From the NCBI GenBank assembly GCA_037071015.1, contig JBAMOY010000001.1, positions 880,847-944,846 on the forward strand: a stretch of DNA of 64,000 nt, written 5' to 3'. This document shows positions 34,349 through 43,716 of the stretch, piece after piece; the stretch's first letter is position 1, and each line of letters opens with the position of its first letter. The notes under the pieces are model-generated. The model did not search any database, was not told the origin of the DNA, and saw only the letters and a list, made by a program, of their open reading frames with translations. The DNA is from Bacilli bacterium (GTDB lineage Bacteria > Bacillota_I > Bacilli_A > RF39 > UBA660). Position numbers and translations under genes: made by a program.

Positions 34349-35350
34349 TCATCTTTCTATGTTATCCTTTATATAATTTAACAAGGTTGTAACGCGATCA
34401 TATTCCATACGTTTTGGTCCAATTAAAGCAATGGTACCTTCCTCGCCATTAATAGAATATTTCGTTTTAATAATGGTTACATCATCATCAAAATCATTTT
34501 CACTACCAATATAGATATTAACGCCACCTTGTTCATCATCTGACTCAATTCTCTCAATCATTTCTTTATCTTCGAATTTACTAATAATATCTCTAATTTT
34601 ATCCGTATCATTAAATTCTGGTTGCATTAAAATATTTTTAGCACCATTAACTTTAATATCCGGTTTATTAGTAAAATCACTAAATGCATGATAGAAAGCA
34701 TTATACAAAACCTCATGTTGTTTAACATATTGACTAATAATCGGTTTTACTTCATATTCTAATTTAGTACTAACCTCATTAATTGGTGTCCCTACGATTA
34801 ATTTATTAATTAAGTCAACCGTTTGCTTTATTTCAGCTACTTCAACTTTCTCTTTTAAAACTATATTACGATGTTCAATATGACCTTTATCCGTAATTAC
34901 CAAAGCCAAAGCTCGGTTATCCTCCAAAGGTACTACTTCAACTTTGTTAACCAAATTATCATCACTTGATTTTCCCAAAACAATAGATGTATAATTAGTC
35001 AACTCAGAAATTATTTCCATACTTTTAATAATTGTATCACTTATCATTAGCGAATTATTGCGAAATATAGTTTGAAGTTTTAAGACATCATCACCAGTCA
35101 ATTCTTTTGGTTTCATAATATGATCAACATAATACCGATAACCTTTTTCACTAGGAATACGTCCTGATGAAGTATGCGTTTTTTCTAACAAACCTAAATC
35201 TTCTAAAGTACTCATTTCATTTCTAATCGTCGCACTTGAACAATTAAGTTTCTCACATAGTGATTTAGAACCAATTGGATGAGCAGCTTTAATATAGTCT
35301 TCGACAATTAACTTTAACAGTTCTGTTTGTCTATCATTTAACAAAAGCAT
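34349..35350 (-). CDS. hrcA: heat-inducible transcription repressor HrcA
   Basis: N-terminal winged-helix DRQTELLKLIVEDYIKAAHPIGSKSL, about 334 aa, first gene of the dnaK operon. The track start is GTG; the ATG at 35350 is preferred. Confidence 0.85.
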   Translation of the reverse strand: MLLLNDRQTELLKLIVEDYIKAAHPIGSKSLCEKLNCSSATIRNEMSTLEDLGLLEKTHTSSGRIPSEKGYRYYVDHIMKPKELTGDDVLKLQTIFRNNSLMISDTIIKSMEIISELTNYTSIVLGKSSDDNLVNKVEVVPLEDNRALALVITDKGHIEHRNIVLKEKVEVAEIKQTVDLINKLIVGTPINEVSTKLEYEVKPIISQYVKQHEVLYNAFYHAFSDFTNKPDIKVNGAKNILMQPEFNDTDKIRDIISKFEDKEMIERIESDDEQGGVNIYIGSENDFDDDVTIIKTKYSINGEEGTIALIGPKRMEYDRVTTLLNYIKDNIER

Positions 35351-35357
35351 CACCTCT

Positions 35358-35384
35358 TTAGCACTCTTTTTACCTAAGTGCTGA
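35358..35384. promoter_or_regulatory. CIRCE-like operator 1 (TTAGCACTC-N9-AAGTGCTGA), abutting the hrcA RBS
   Basis: One perfect half-site and one half-site with 2 mismatches to the CIRCE consensus TTAGCACTC-N9-GAGTGCTAA. Confidence 0.55.
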
Positions 35385-35404
35385 TTTCATTATACTATTA
35401 TATG

Positions 35405-35431
35405 TTAGCATTGTCAATATATGAGTGCTAA
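35405..35431. promoter_or_regulatory. CIRCE operator 2 (TTAGCATTG-N9-GAGTGCTAA)
   Basis: Near-consensus CIRCE about 20 nt upstream of operator 1. TATAAT-like -10 elements lie between the two. Confidence 0.7.
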
Positions 35432-35483
35432 TTTTATTTTTTTAATAAAAAAATCGCTAAACATCGCGATTTTATCTTAAAAA

Positions 35484-35798
35484 TTATCTCTGGTGTTGAT
35501 GAGTATCATCGTCAACTCTTTCGACATTAATCATCCCAGTACCGTTTGTTTGCACTCTAAATTGACTAGTCTTAGCATTGTTACCAAATGGAATTTTGGA
35601 AATTAATTTTTGAGCCCTTAATAACACTTGTACCACTTGGTAATCTTGTTCAGTTAAAAGATTTGCACCACATTTAGGGCATGGTCTATTGACATATTCT
35701 GGATACTGATCAACTGAAACATTATAATCAACATAATCACAATTTGGATTATCACATTGAATTCCCGAAATATTTACTTCACACTTCATACCAATCAC
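35484..35798 (-). CDS. small zinc-ribbon protein (104 aa), hypothetical
   Basis: CxxxxC..CxxC pattern (CDNPNC..CPKC). Confidence 0.4.
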   Translation of the reverse strand: MIGMKCEVNISGIQCDNPNCDYVDYNVSVDQYPEYVNRPCPKCGANLLTEQDYQVVQVLLRAQKLISKIPFGNNAKTSQFRVQTNGTGMINVERVDDDTHQHQR

Positions 35799-35909
35799 CT
35801 CTATCTTAAATATTAAAGATATTTAAATTAATTAGCAACATCATTAACATTAACAATTAAAGGAATAATCTTATTTGATAATATTTAAAACAATATAAAT
35901 ACTTTTTTA

Positions 35910-36668
35910 CTATATGAAGTATATATCTCCTTCCTTGGCAGCAACAGTATTAACAAAGTTAATTTTAGCTTCCTTTACATATTTACGGCGATCATCTTCT
36001 GGCCAAAAATGTGTTAAGACTAATTTTTTTACTTTCGCTTCTTTAGCCAACATTCCACTTTCAAATGCATGTAAATGATTTTCATTCATCACATTGTGTT
36101 CACTAATCAACGATGATTCACAGATTAATAAATCACTATTTTGAGCAAAGTTTATTACATTATCAATATCTCTTTTACCGATATCAGAAGTATATACCAT
36201 CTGTTTAAAGTCCTTTTTATCATCATAAATGACTTTAATAGCATAACTATTATCACTGTGTAAAGTTTTTAAAAACATTATATAATAGTTACCATAATGT
36301 AATATACTATTATCAGAAATATAATTAATGTGCCAATTACTGGGGTGATGTGTTAAAACTGCATTTAAAATTATTTTTTCTAAATCATTTGTAACCTTAT
36401 CAGGAACATAAACTTCTACTTTTTGATTATATAAATAAGTTGCATAGCCAATATCAAATAACTCACTAATATGGTCCCAGTGTAAATGCGATAAAAATAT
36501 TTTTAAATTAACTAGGTCTTTCTTCATATCTAATAAATTCGTAATCCCACTACCTGCATCTAATAACAGTCTAATTTCATCACCTTCAACTAAAAAACCT
36601 GGGCAATTACTTCCATTATGGGGATAAGGGGATACTGTCCCTAAAGCTGTAATTTTAAAGTTACTCAT
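35910..36668 (-). CDS. MBL-fold metallo-hydrolase
   Basis: SHLHWDHI (HxHxDH) motif and the typical beta-lactamase-fold length. Confidence 0.7.
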   Translation of the reverse strand: MSNFKITALGTVSPYPHNGSNCPGFLVEGDEIRLLLDAGSGITNLLDMKKDLVNLKIFLSHLHWDHISELFDIGYATYLYNQKVEVYVPDKVTNDLEKIILNAVLTHHPSNWHINYISDNSILHYGNYYIMFLKTLHSDNSYAIKVIYDDKKDFKQMVYTSDIGKRDIDNVINFAQNSDLLICESSLISEHNVMNENHLHAFESGMLAKEAKVKKLVLTHFWPEDDRRKYVKEAKINFVNTVAAKEGDIYFI

Positions 36669-36671
36669 ATA

Positions 36672-37154
36672 TCATCTTCCTAACTTTTTAACTAGTTGAT
36701 GTGCTACCTCTTTGGCTACATAAGGTTCAGTATCTTTATTTAAATATGCTAATTCTCTGACAACTGATGAAGAAAGGTATTCATATTCTTTGTCCGCAAA
36801 AAGAGAGATTGTATTAATTTTACCATCACTTATATCTTTATTAATATGGGCCATCCCTATTTCATATTCAAAATCAGTCACACTTCTAAGGCCTTTAACA
36901 ATAGCTACACAACCGTATTCAAGTGCTAAATCACTCGTAACTAATCCCGTAATAACTTCAACTTTAGGATTATTCTCATAAATATCTTTTATCATTGAAA
37001 TTCTCTCTTCAATAGTAAATAGCGAATTATTCTTTTTGGCATTTACCATAACTGCAACGTAAACTTTATCAAATAAAGTTGATGCTTGTTCAATAATATT
37101 CATGTGTCCTTTAGTAATCGGATCAAAACTCCCCGGATATATAACTTTTTTCAT
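36672..37154 (-). CDS. coaD: phosphopantetheine adenylyltransferase
   Basis: YPGSFDPITKGHMNII HxGH nucleotidyltransferase motif, 160 aa. Confidence 0.9.
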   Translation of the reverse strand: MKKVIYPGSFDPITKGHMNIIEQASTLFDKVYVAVMVNAKKNNSLFTIEERISMIKDIYENNPKVEVITGLVTSDLALEYGCVAIVKGLRSVTDFEYEIGMAHINKDISDGKINTISLFADKEYEYLSSSVVRELAYLNKDTEPYVAKEVAHQLVKKLGR

Positions 37155-37707
37155 ATATTTTATTCACCGCTTTCTCTAAATCGAAATTTTGACTATTATC
37201 TAAAATCAAATCAAATTTTATTTCATCATAATTGTAACTTGCTCTTTCTCGAGCATTAAATTTTTCTATATTTACTTTATCACGATTGATAATCCTTTGG
37301 GCTCTTATATTCTGATTAGCTTTAACTAAAATTTTGATATCACATAAATCTAAAAATTCTGTTTCCCCTAGTAAAGCCCAATCAAGAATAATAATCTTGT
37401 CTCTATTATCAACAATCACTTGCTGTATTTTAACTTTAATATATTCTTCGGTCAATTCATTTAAAATTTTCAATTTATCTTTATCATTAAAGACAAGATT
37501 ACTTAATGTTTCTCGATCAATTGTGTCATCTACCATTATCCTTTTACCAAAATACTTGATTAATTCTTCTTTTATATGATAATCAGTTAGTGACTCATGC
37601 CCAATTCGATCGATATCTACCCATATACTATTAGGATTTCTGTTAGCCAACATTTGGGATATAAAACTTTTCCCGCTACCACTTTTTCCTACTACAGCAA
37701 TCAACAT
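37123..37707 (-). CDS. coaE: dephospho-CoA kinase
   Basis: P-loop VGKSGSGKS, IDRETLSNLVF and ILDWALLGE match the CoaE pattern. Overlaps coaD by 32 nt. Confidence 0.65.
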   Translation of the reverse strand: MLIAVVGKSGSGKSFISQMLANRNPNSIWVDIDRIGHESLTDYHIKEELIKYFGKRIMVDDTIDRETLSNLVFNDKDKLKILNELTEEYIKVKIQQVIVDNRDKIIILDWALLGETEFLDLCDIKILVKANQNIRAQRIINRDKVNIEKFNARERASYNYDEIKFDLILDNSQNFDLEKAVNKIYEKSYISGEF

Positions 37708-38577
37708 TTATAAACCTCTTCTTTTATTAATATAATCAACTAATGATAGTTGTTTAATTTTTAAATTATGCTTGATTCCAGTTGCTAGTTCAATATCTTT
37801 TTTAACATTAGGCCCATGATAATCAGAACCTCCACTTACTAATAAATTATATCGTTCGGCCATAAGCAAACTATAATTTGTTTGATCTGGAGTAAAAGTA
37901 CTATAATAAGCTTCAATTCCCATAAGCCCCATATTAGCTAACTCTCCAACATAATCAGATAAAGCAGCGCGATAATCAAATTTTAAAGTACAATTATGAG
38001 CTAAAACTGGTATTCCACTAGCACTATGAATTAATTCAATCGCTTCTTGAACGTCCAAATTTTTTGTTTGATCGCTTATCTTATGATGAGCTACAATTAA
38101 ATATTTATCAAATGCTTCTTTCACAGAAGAACAAACACCATAGTTCACTAATAACCGAGCTAAATCAACACGATTAACTGTTCTAGATAAACTAAATAAC
38201 TTATCAATATCATTCTTATTAAAACGAATATTAAATGACTGATATAAAATATCGATAACTAATTTTAAATTATATTGACTATTTAAACGAAGTTCATCTA
38301 ATTGATTAATAAACACTGTATTATTTAAATCTAAATCGTAACCTAAAATATGAAGTTGACCAAATGAGCATTTTGCAGATAATTCAACTCCATTAATAAA
38401 ATTAATATCTTTAATGTTCATTTTTTCTAACTGTTTAGCTCCTAAAACACTATCATGATCGGTTATCGCAAAAGTGCTTAATCTTTTAACTCGCGCCATT
38501 CCGTAAATCCCTACAGGGCTCTTTTCACCATCAGAATAATTAGTATGAATATGTAAATCCATAAGTTCTTTTTCCAT
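37708..38577 (-). CDS. PHP-domain metal-dependent phosphoesterase
   Basis: LHIHTNYSDG..AITDHD PHP signature. Its stop abuts the coaE start. Confidence 0.7.
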   Translation of the reverse strand: MEKELMDLHIHTNYSDGEKSPVGIYGMARVKRLSTFAITDHDSVLGAKQLEKMNIKDINFINGVELSAKCSFGQLHILGYDLDLNNTVFINQLDELRLNSQYNLKLVIDILYQSFNIRFNKNDIDKLFSLSRTVNRVDLARLLVNYGVCSSVKEAFDKYLIVAHHKISDQTKNLDVQEAIELIHSASGIPVLAHNCTLKFDYRAALSDYVGELANMGLMGIEAYYSTFTPDQTNYSLLMAERYNLLVSGGSDYHGPNVKKDIELATGIKHNLKIKQLSLVDYINKRRGL

Positions 38578-38636
38578 TTTATCACCTCTCTACTTGTATT
38601 ATATAAAAAATTATATTATAATTAAAATACATATTT

Positions 38637-38653
38637 GTTATCAAAACAATAAC
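38637..38653. promoter_or_regulatory. LysR-type T-N11-A box (GTTAT-N7-ATAAC) in the lysR/PHP-operon divergent region
   Basis: Dyad seen directly, immediately upstream of the lysR RBS. Confidence 0.35.
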
Positions 38654-38661
38654 TGGAGGTT

Positions 38662-39561
38662 ATGATGAATATAGACTTTGAATTATACCGAATTTTTTAT
38701 GTGGTAGCCAACAATCAAAATATTACTAAAGCTAGTCAAGAATTAATGATATCGCAACCAGCTGTAACCAAAAGTATTAAAAATCTAGAAGAACAATTAG
38801 GTGGTACTTTATTTGTACGTACTAAAAAAGGAGTCACTTTAACCCCCGAAGGAAAAGAATTATATAAATATATTAAACAAGCTATCGAATTTATTAATAA
38901 CGGTGAACATCAATTTTCCAGTCTTAAAAATTTAGAGATAGGATCAATTCGTATTGGTGTAAGTACCACCTTAACCAAAACCTTTTTATTGCCTTATTTA
39001 GAAAAGTTCCACCAATCGTATCCTAAGATAGATATTCAAATTTTTACATACTTAACATCTGATTTAGTAGAAATGATGCGTAACGGTTCCATTGATATTA
39101 TTATCTTAAATCTTCCCTTTAACGACACTAAACAAGAATTAAACATTATTCCATGTAAAGAAGTACAAGATTGTTTCATCGTAAGTGAGCATTACAAATT
39201 TTTAGCACAAAAGAAAATACCTTTAGCCGAGTTAAACAACTACCCTTTAATTCTTCAAGCGCCAAAATCTAACACTCGTATTTTCCTTGATACTTTTTGT
39301 TTAAAACATAAAGTTATTTTAAAACCTAACATCAATATTGCTAGTTATAGTTTAGTAGTAGAATTTGCTAAAATCGGTTTAGGCATTGGTTATGCCACTA
39401 AAAACTACATAAAAAAAGAACTAGCTAATAAAGAATTATATGAATTAAAGACGATTCCTAGTTTACCAAAAAGACAAATAGGAATCGCTTATTCTAAACA
39501 CACTATTCCAAACTTTAGCACGCAAAAATTAATTGAAATAATAAAACAAGATAAGTTCTAA
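38662..39561 (+). CDS. LysR-family transcriptional regulator
   Basis: N-terminal HTH (ITKASQELMISQPAVTKSIKNLEE) plus a C-terminal substrate-binding domain. Divergent from the PHP-coaE-coaD-MBL cluster. Confidence 0.85.
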   Translation: MMNIDFELYRIFYVVANNQNITKASQELMISQPAVTKSIKNLEEQLGGTLFVRTKKGVTLTPEGKELYKYIKQAIEFINNGEHQFSSLKNLEIGSIRIGVSTTLTKTFLLPYLEKFHQSYPKIDIQIFTYLTSDLVEMMRNGSIDIIILNLPFNDTKQELNIIPCKEVQDCFIVSEHYKFLAQKKIPLAELNNYPLILQAPKSNTRIFLDTFCLKHKVILKPNINIASYSLVVEFAKIGLGIGYATKNYIKKELANKELYELKTIPSLPKRQIGIAYSKHTIPNFSTQKLIEIIKQDKF

Positions 39562-39780
39562 TATATTTTGTTTATTTTAACTTTGGACAAACTAAATTCT
39601 TTACCAAAAGTACTTTTTTCGATATAAGTAAATAATTGATTAACATCATCAATGATATCATTACCATTAATACCAATTTCCTCAATAGTGGGAATAATAA
39701 TATTATTTTGTGTCGGCTCAATTATTTGTTTAATTATATATATTGTACTTGGTTTACCATTTTTATATCTCTCAATTATT

Positions 39781-39831
39781 TCATTTTTTCTTGTCAGAAT
39801 ACTTTAAAAATTTTTGCCCTTTTGAAGCCAT
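39781..39831 (-). CDS. 16-codon micro-ORF (MASKGQKFLKYSDKKK) with a consensus RBS, downstream of spoIVA
   Basis: AAAGGAGGTG lies 9 nt before the ATG. An extended -10 (TGtTAGAAT) sits at 39858-39866 on the minus strand. Confidence 0.25.
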   Translation of the reverse strand: MASKGQKFLKYSDKKK

Positions 39832-39932
39832 AGAAAAACACCTCCTTTCGGAAGTGTATTCTAACATAAACTAGTTTTTTTATTAATGTCTACCTTAAAG
39901 GGCGCATTTCAAATTAATCAATAATTTTATTT

Positions 39933-41408
39933 TTATAAAACTATCGCAAATAAATTACTTGAACCTTTGTTAACCATCTTGCATAATGTTTGTTGTAATT
40001 TAAATCGTGCATTTTCCGGTAGAAGTGATAATTTAGCTTGAATACCTTCTTTAACAATTTCATCTAATGAACGACCAAATATTTCACTTTTCCAAATATT
40101 CTCTCCATCGGTTTCATTATTATTCATTAAATGATTAATTAGTTCTTTACTTTGTAATTCAGAACCAATAATAGGTTCAAACGTTGATTCGACATCAACC
40201 CGAATCATATGAATGGAAGGCGCTACTGCTTTTAATTTAATACCATAACGACTACCTTGTTTAATTATTTCAGGTGTTCCTAGTTTCATATCAGCTAAAG
40301 TTGGACTAGCCACACCATAGCCAGTTTGTTTAACCATTTTAAGAGCAGTTTTAATTTGATCATATTCTTGCTTAGCTTCATTATAATCTTGGAATAAAGA
40401 TAATAGTGCTGCTTTACTCGTGACATCAATACCAATGATATCTTTTAAAACCTGATTATATAGTTCGTTTGGCGCCTGTAAAGTCACTGTAACTTCACCA
40501 ATAGAAGTGTCTACATTTGACAGAAATGCTTTACTAATATATTCACAATCAGTAAAATGTGTTGTAATCGTTTCTATATCTCGTAACTTATCAATTTCCA
40601 CAACACTTTCGCGAATTTTATCCATATAAATTTTCTTTAACCAATTATTAGCTGATAGACAAGCTATCCATTCTGGCATTTCCACTTTAACTTCTAATAC
40701 CGGGAATTCATATAATGCTTCACGTAAAATAGAATAAATATCTTGTTCAGTCATACTCTCAATACTAATCGGCATAACGGGAACTTGGTAACTATCATGT
40801 AATTTTTCAGCTAAACGTTCTGTTTCCGGTAACATTGGATGTGTTGAATTTAATAAAACAATATATGGTTTTCCAATTTCAGCTAATTCTCTAACCACTC
40901 TTTCCTCAGCATCGACATAATCACTTCTCGAAAGTTCACCAATAGATCCATCTGTAGTTACAACAATTCCAATTGAAGAGTGATCGCGAATAACCTTTTC
41001 TGTACCAACCTCTGCCGCCTCTATAAATGGTATTTCATCATCATACCAAGGCGTTTTCACCATACGTGGACCATTCTCATCCTCGTATCCTTTAGCGTTA
41101 GGTATTACATAACCAACACAATCTACCAAACGTACATTAGCACTAAAATCATCTATTTTAATTTTAGCTGCACTGCTTGGAACAAATTTAGGTTCCGTTG
41201 TCATAATTGTTTTGCCTTGAGCACTTTGTGGTATTTCATCAAGCGCTCTTTTTTTCTCATATTCATCTTCGATATTAGGGACCACTAAATTTTCGATAAC
41301 CTTTTTTATAAAAGTTGATTTACCTGTTCGCACGGCCCCAACTACACCAAAATATATATCCCCACCCGTTCTCTCAGTAATGCTTTTTATTATATCCTTT
41401 TTTTCCAT
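39933..41408 (-). CDS. spoIVA: stage IV sporulation protein A (spore coat basement-layer ATPase)
   Basis: GDIYFGVVGAVRTGKSTFIKK Walker A and colinear similarity to B. subtilis SpoIVA over 491 aa. der lies just upstream, as in Bacillus. Confidence 0.9.
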   Translation of the reverse strand: MEKKDIIKSITERTGGDIYFGVVGAVRTGKSTFIKKVIENLVVPNIEDEYEKKRALDEIPQSAQGKTIMTTEPKFVPSSAAKIKIDDFSANVRLVDCVGYVIPNAKGYEDENGPRMVKTPWYDDEIPFIEAAEVGTEKVIRDHSSIGIVVTTDGSIGELSRSDYVDAEERVVRELAEIGKPYIVLLNSTHPMLPETERLAEKLHDSYQVPVMPISIESMTEQDIYSILREALYEFPVLEVKVEMPEWIACLSANNWLKKIYMDKIRESVVEIDKLRDIETITTHFTDCEYISKAFLSNVDTSIGEVTVTLQAPNELYNQVLKDIIGIDVTSKAALLSLFQDYNEAKQEYDQIKTALKMVKQTGYGVASPTLADMKLGTPEIIKQGSRYGIKLKAVAPSIHMIRVDVESTFEPIIGSELQSKELINHLMNNNETDGENIWKSEIFGRSLDEIVKEGIQAKLSLLPENARFKLQQTLCKMVNKGSSNLFAIVL

Positions 41409-41436
41409 TTAATCCCTACTTTCCATATTTCATTAA

Positions 41437-41462
41437 AATATATGAAAGTAAAAATCAAATAT
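41437..41462 (-). promoter_or_regulatory. candidate sigma-E-type promoter for spoIVA (ATATT-N13-CATATATT)
   Basis: Resembles the mother-cell sigma-E consensus (-35 ATATT, -10 CATACA-T) with 13-nt spacing, about 30 nt upstream of the spoIVA RBS. Confidence 0.35.
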
Positions 41463-41514
41463 GTCCAATTATGAATATTTTAATGAAAAAATAAAAAATA
41501 TCCAACGATATTTT

Positions 41515-41760
41515 TTAAAACATTTTATCTATATCCTTAGGAACTTTATCATTTACGACCGCACTGACAATTTTGTCCTCTTTATCTTTAGATACTTCTT
41601 TACCTGTCATAGTTCCCAATTCTTGAATAATTTCTCTTAATGTCGTTTCATTTTTTAAATCTGACTGTTGCAATTTACTGGCCAAATTTAAAATAGTATC
41701 TTTACCAACCTTTGTTTTTTTCTCTATCTTATTAAAAAATCCATCTGTGAAGTTGAACAC
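41515..41760 (-). CDS. small sporulation protein, SpoVIF (YjcC)-like
   Basis: 81 aa. FFNKIEKKTKV..LNLASKLQ..REIIQELGTMTGKEVSKDKEDKIVSAVVNDKVPKDIDKMF resembles SpoVIF family proteins. GTG start with an AGGAGG RBS. Confidence 0.4.
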   Translation of the reverse strand: MFNFTDGFFNKIEKKTKVGKDTILNLASKLQQSDLKNETTLREIIQELGTMTGKEVSKDKEDKIVSAVVNDKVPKDIDKMF

Positions 41761-41764
41761 TTTA

Positions 41765-41802
41765 AAACCCCTCCTACACTATTATATGTGTTTGAGGGGT
41801 TT
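41765..41802 (-). terminator. hairpin after der (AAACCCCUC..GAGGGGUUU) that also contains the spoVIF-like RBS
   Basis: 9-bp GC-rich stem followed by a U-rich tract. The 3' arm is the GGAGGGG Shine-Dalgarno of the downstream gene. Confidence 0.4.
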
Positions 41803-41808
41803 GTGTTA

Positions 41809-43134
41809 TTAAGAATCTTGTTCACCTTTATTTTTAAACTGTAAAACGATTGGTGTCCCTTCAAAATCAAAATTCTCACGAAGTTTATTTTCAATATATC
41901 TTTCATATGAAAAATGAATTAAACCCTTACTATTTACTTGAATATTGAAAGTAGGAGGTTTAATAGCAACTTGATTACTAAAATATATTTTTAATCGTTT
42001 TCCCTTATATGTAGGAGGTAAATTTAGGGCATATGCATCATTGATAACATCATTAAGCACACTAGTTTTAATCTCACGTCGACTATTTTCATAACACTTC
42101 AAAATAGTTGGCATTAATGTGTGAATACGTTTTTTTGTAAGAGCACTTAAAAAAACAATCGGTGCATAAGTCATAAATTGAAAATTATTGCGAATTAAAT
42201 TGGTAAATTCCTTAATAGCGCTATCTTTATTATCAATAGTATCCCATTTATTAACAACAATTACTACCGCTTTACCCGCCTCTAAGGCATAACCAGCAAT
42301 ATGTTTATCGTGTTCGATAATTCCCTCTTCAGCATTTAAAACAATTAAACAAACATCAGAGCGATCAATAGCCTTCATAGCCCTAAGTAAACTGTATTTT
42401 TCAATATTTTCATATATTTTCCCGCGTTTGCGCATACCAGCGGTATCAATAACTACATATTCCTTACCATGATAATTAAAGGTACTATCAATCGCATCCC
42501 TAGTAGTTCCAGCAGTGTCGCCGACAATAACTCTTTCTTCATTTAAAATGGCATTAACTAAACTACTTTTACCAACATTAGGACGTCCAATAACACAAAA
42601 TTTAACCACTTCATCATCATATTCATCTTGTTCTAATTCATTAAAATCTTTTGTGATTTCTTCTTGTAATTCATATATTCCAATATTTTGTTCACCAGAA
42701 ACGTTAATATATGTATCAAAACCCAACTCATAAAAATCATACATGTGCTCTTTAAATAATTTACTATCTGTTTTATTAATGGCCACAACTACCTTTTTGT
42801 TAGCCTTTAAAAGCATATCCCTAACCACATAATCATTAGCAGTTAAACCTTCTTTGCCGTCCACGACAAAAACAATAGTATCAGCCTCATCAATCGCAAG
42901 TTCAGCTTGAGCTTTAATCGAATCATTAAATAATTCATTAGCCAAATCGATACCTCCAGTATCGATTAAGTGATAATCAAAATTACCATATTTAACATTG
43001 CCATATAAACGATCTCTAGTGACTCCAGGAGTATCTTCAATAATCGCCATCTTCTTACCAACTAAACGATTAAAAATTGTTGATTTGCCAACATTAGGTC
43101 TCCCTACTAAGGCCACAACTGGTTTTTTCATCAT
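41809..43134 (-). CDS. der: ribosome-biogenesis GTPase Der (EngA)
   Basis: Two tandem GTPase domains (GRPNVGKST..DTPG and GRPNVGKSS..DTAG) plus a KH-like C-terminus. Confidence 0.9.
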   Translation of the reverse strand: MMKKPVVALVGRPNVGKSTIFNRLVGKKMAIIEDTPGVTRDRLYGNVKYGNFDYHLIDTGGIDLANELFNDSIKAQAELAIDEADTIVFVVDGKEGLTANDYVVRDMLLKANKKVVVAINKTDSKLFKEHMYDFYELGFDTYINVSGEQNIGIYELQEEITKDFNELEQDEYDDEVVKFCVIGRPNVGKSSLVNAILNEERVIVGDTAGTTRDAIDSTFNYHGKEYVVIDTAGMRKRGKIYENIEKYSLLRAMKAIDRSDVCLIVLNAEEGIIEHDKHIAGYALEAGKAVVIVVNKWDTIDNKDSAIKEFTNLIRNNFQFMTYAPIVFLSALTKKRIHTLMPTILKCYENSRREIKTSVLNDVINDAYALNLPPTYKGKRLKIYFSNQVAIKPPTFNIQVNSKGLIHFSYERYIENKLRENFDFEGTPIVLQFKNKGEQDS

Positions 43135-43183
43135 ATCACCTCATTTGCCCCATTATAACATATTTAAAAAAAAATCCCAAGAA

Positions 43184-43666
43184 TTATCTTTTTAATTTTT
43201 GGGAATGACGAATAATATCTATTTGTTCGTCAAAAATAATATCACTAAATTCTAGCAAATACATCATCGTCACATTATCGATGATGTCATTAAAATCCAC
43301 ATAATACTTATCTTTATAAATATATATATTGCCTTCAGCAAAAGCTGGCAAAGATAGTGGATCATCAATACCATATAAAAACTTACTATCTTTTAGTGAT
43401 ATCCGCATATCAATTTGATTATCAAAATAATCATAATACTCAATATTTTCTTTATTTAAATTAATTACCAATCCATAGTCATTATCAATATAAACATCAA
43501 TATTATAATATCCAGAAATATTAATCATATAATATTTCTTTAATTTCAAAAATAATTCTTTAAAATAATCCTCTAAATCTTCCCTAACATCAAAGTTTAA
43601 CTCTTTTAAATATAATTTGTTCAAAAAAATAGTCATACAATTTTCATCTAGGTTTACAATCTTCAT
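43184..43666 (-). CDS. hypothetical protein (160 aa), acidic and Tyr/Asp-rich
   Basis: ORF only. Confidence 0.4.
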   Translation of the reverse strand: MKIVNLDENCMTIFLNKLYLKELNFDVREDLEDYFKELFLKLKKYYMINISGYYNIDVYIDNDYGLVINLNKENIEYYDYFDNQIDMRISLKDSKFLYGIDDPLSLPAFAEGNIYIYKDKYYVDFNDIIDNVTMMYLLEFSDIIFDEQIDIIRHSQKLKR

Positions 43667-43716
43667 TATATACCACCTAAAATATTGTATGACTTAAAAT
43701 TTAATTTGGAATAAAA

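Noticed and set aside
39636-39833. 65-aa plus-strand ORF in the lysR/spoIVA intergenic region
   Set aside because: Hydrophobic low-complexity translation with no RBS. The opposite strand carries a consensus-RBS micro-ORF and promoter that better explain the region.
40980-41288. 102-aa plus-strand ORF inside spoIVA; similar antisense ORFs inside fpg (4271-4785), the operon genes (10956-12196), spoIIIAH (47280-47594), the lipoprotein (57612-57809) and cysE (58037-58306)
   Set aside because: All are embedded antisense in better-supported genes.
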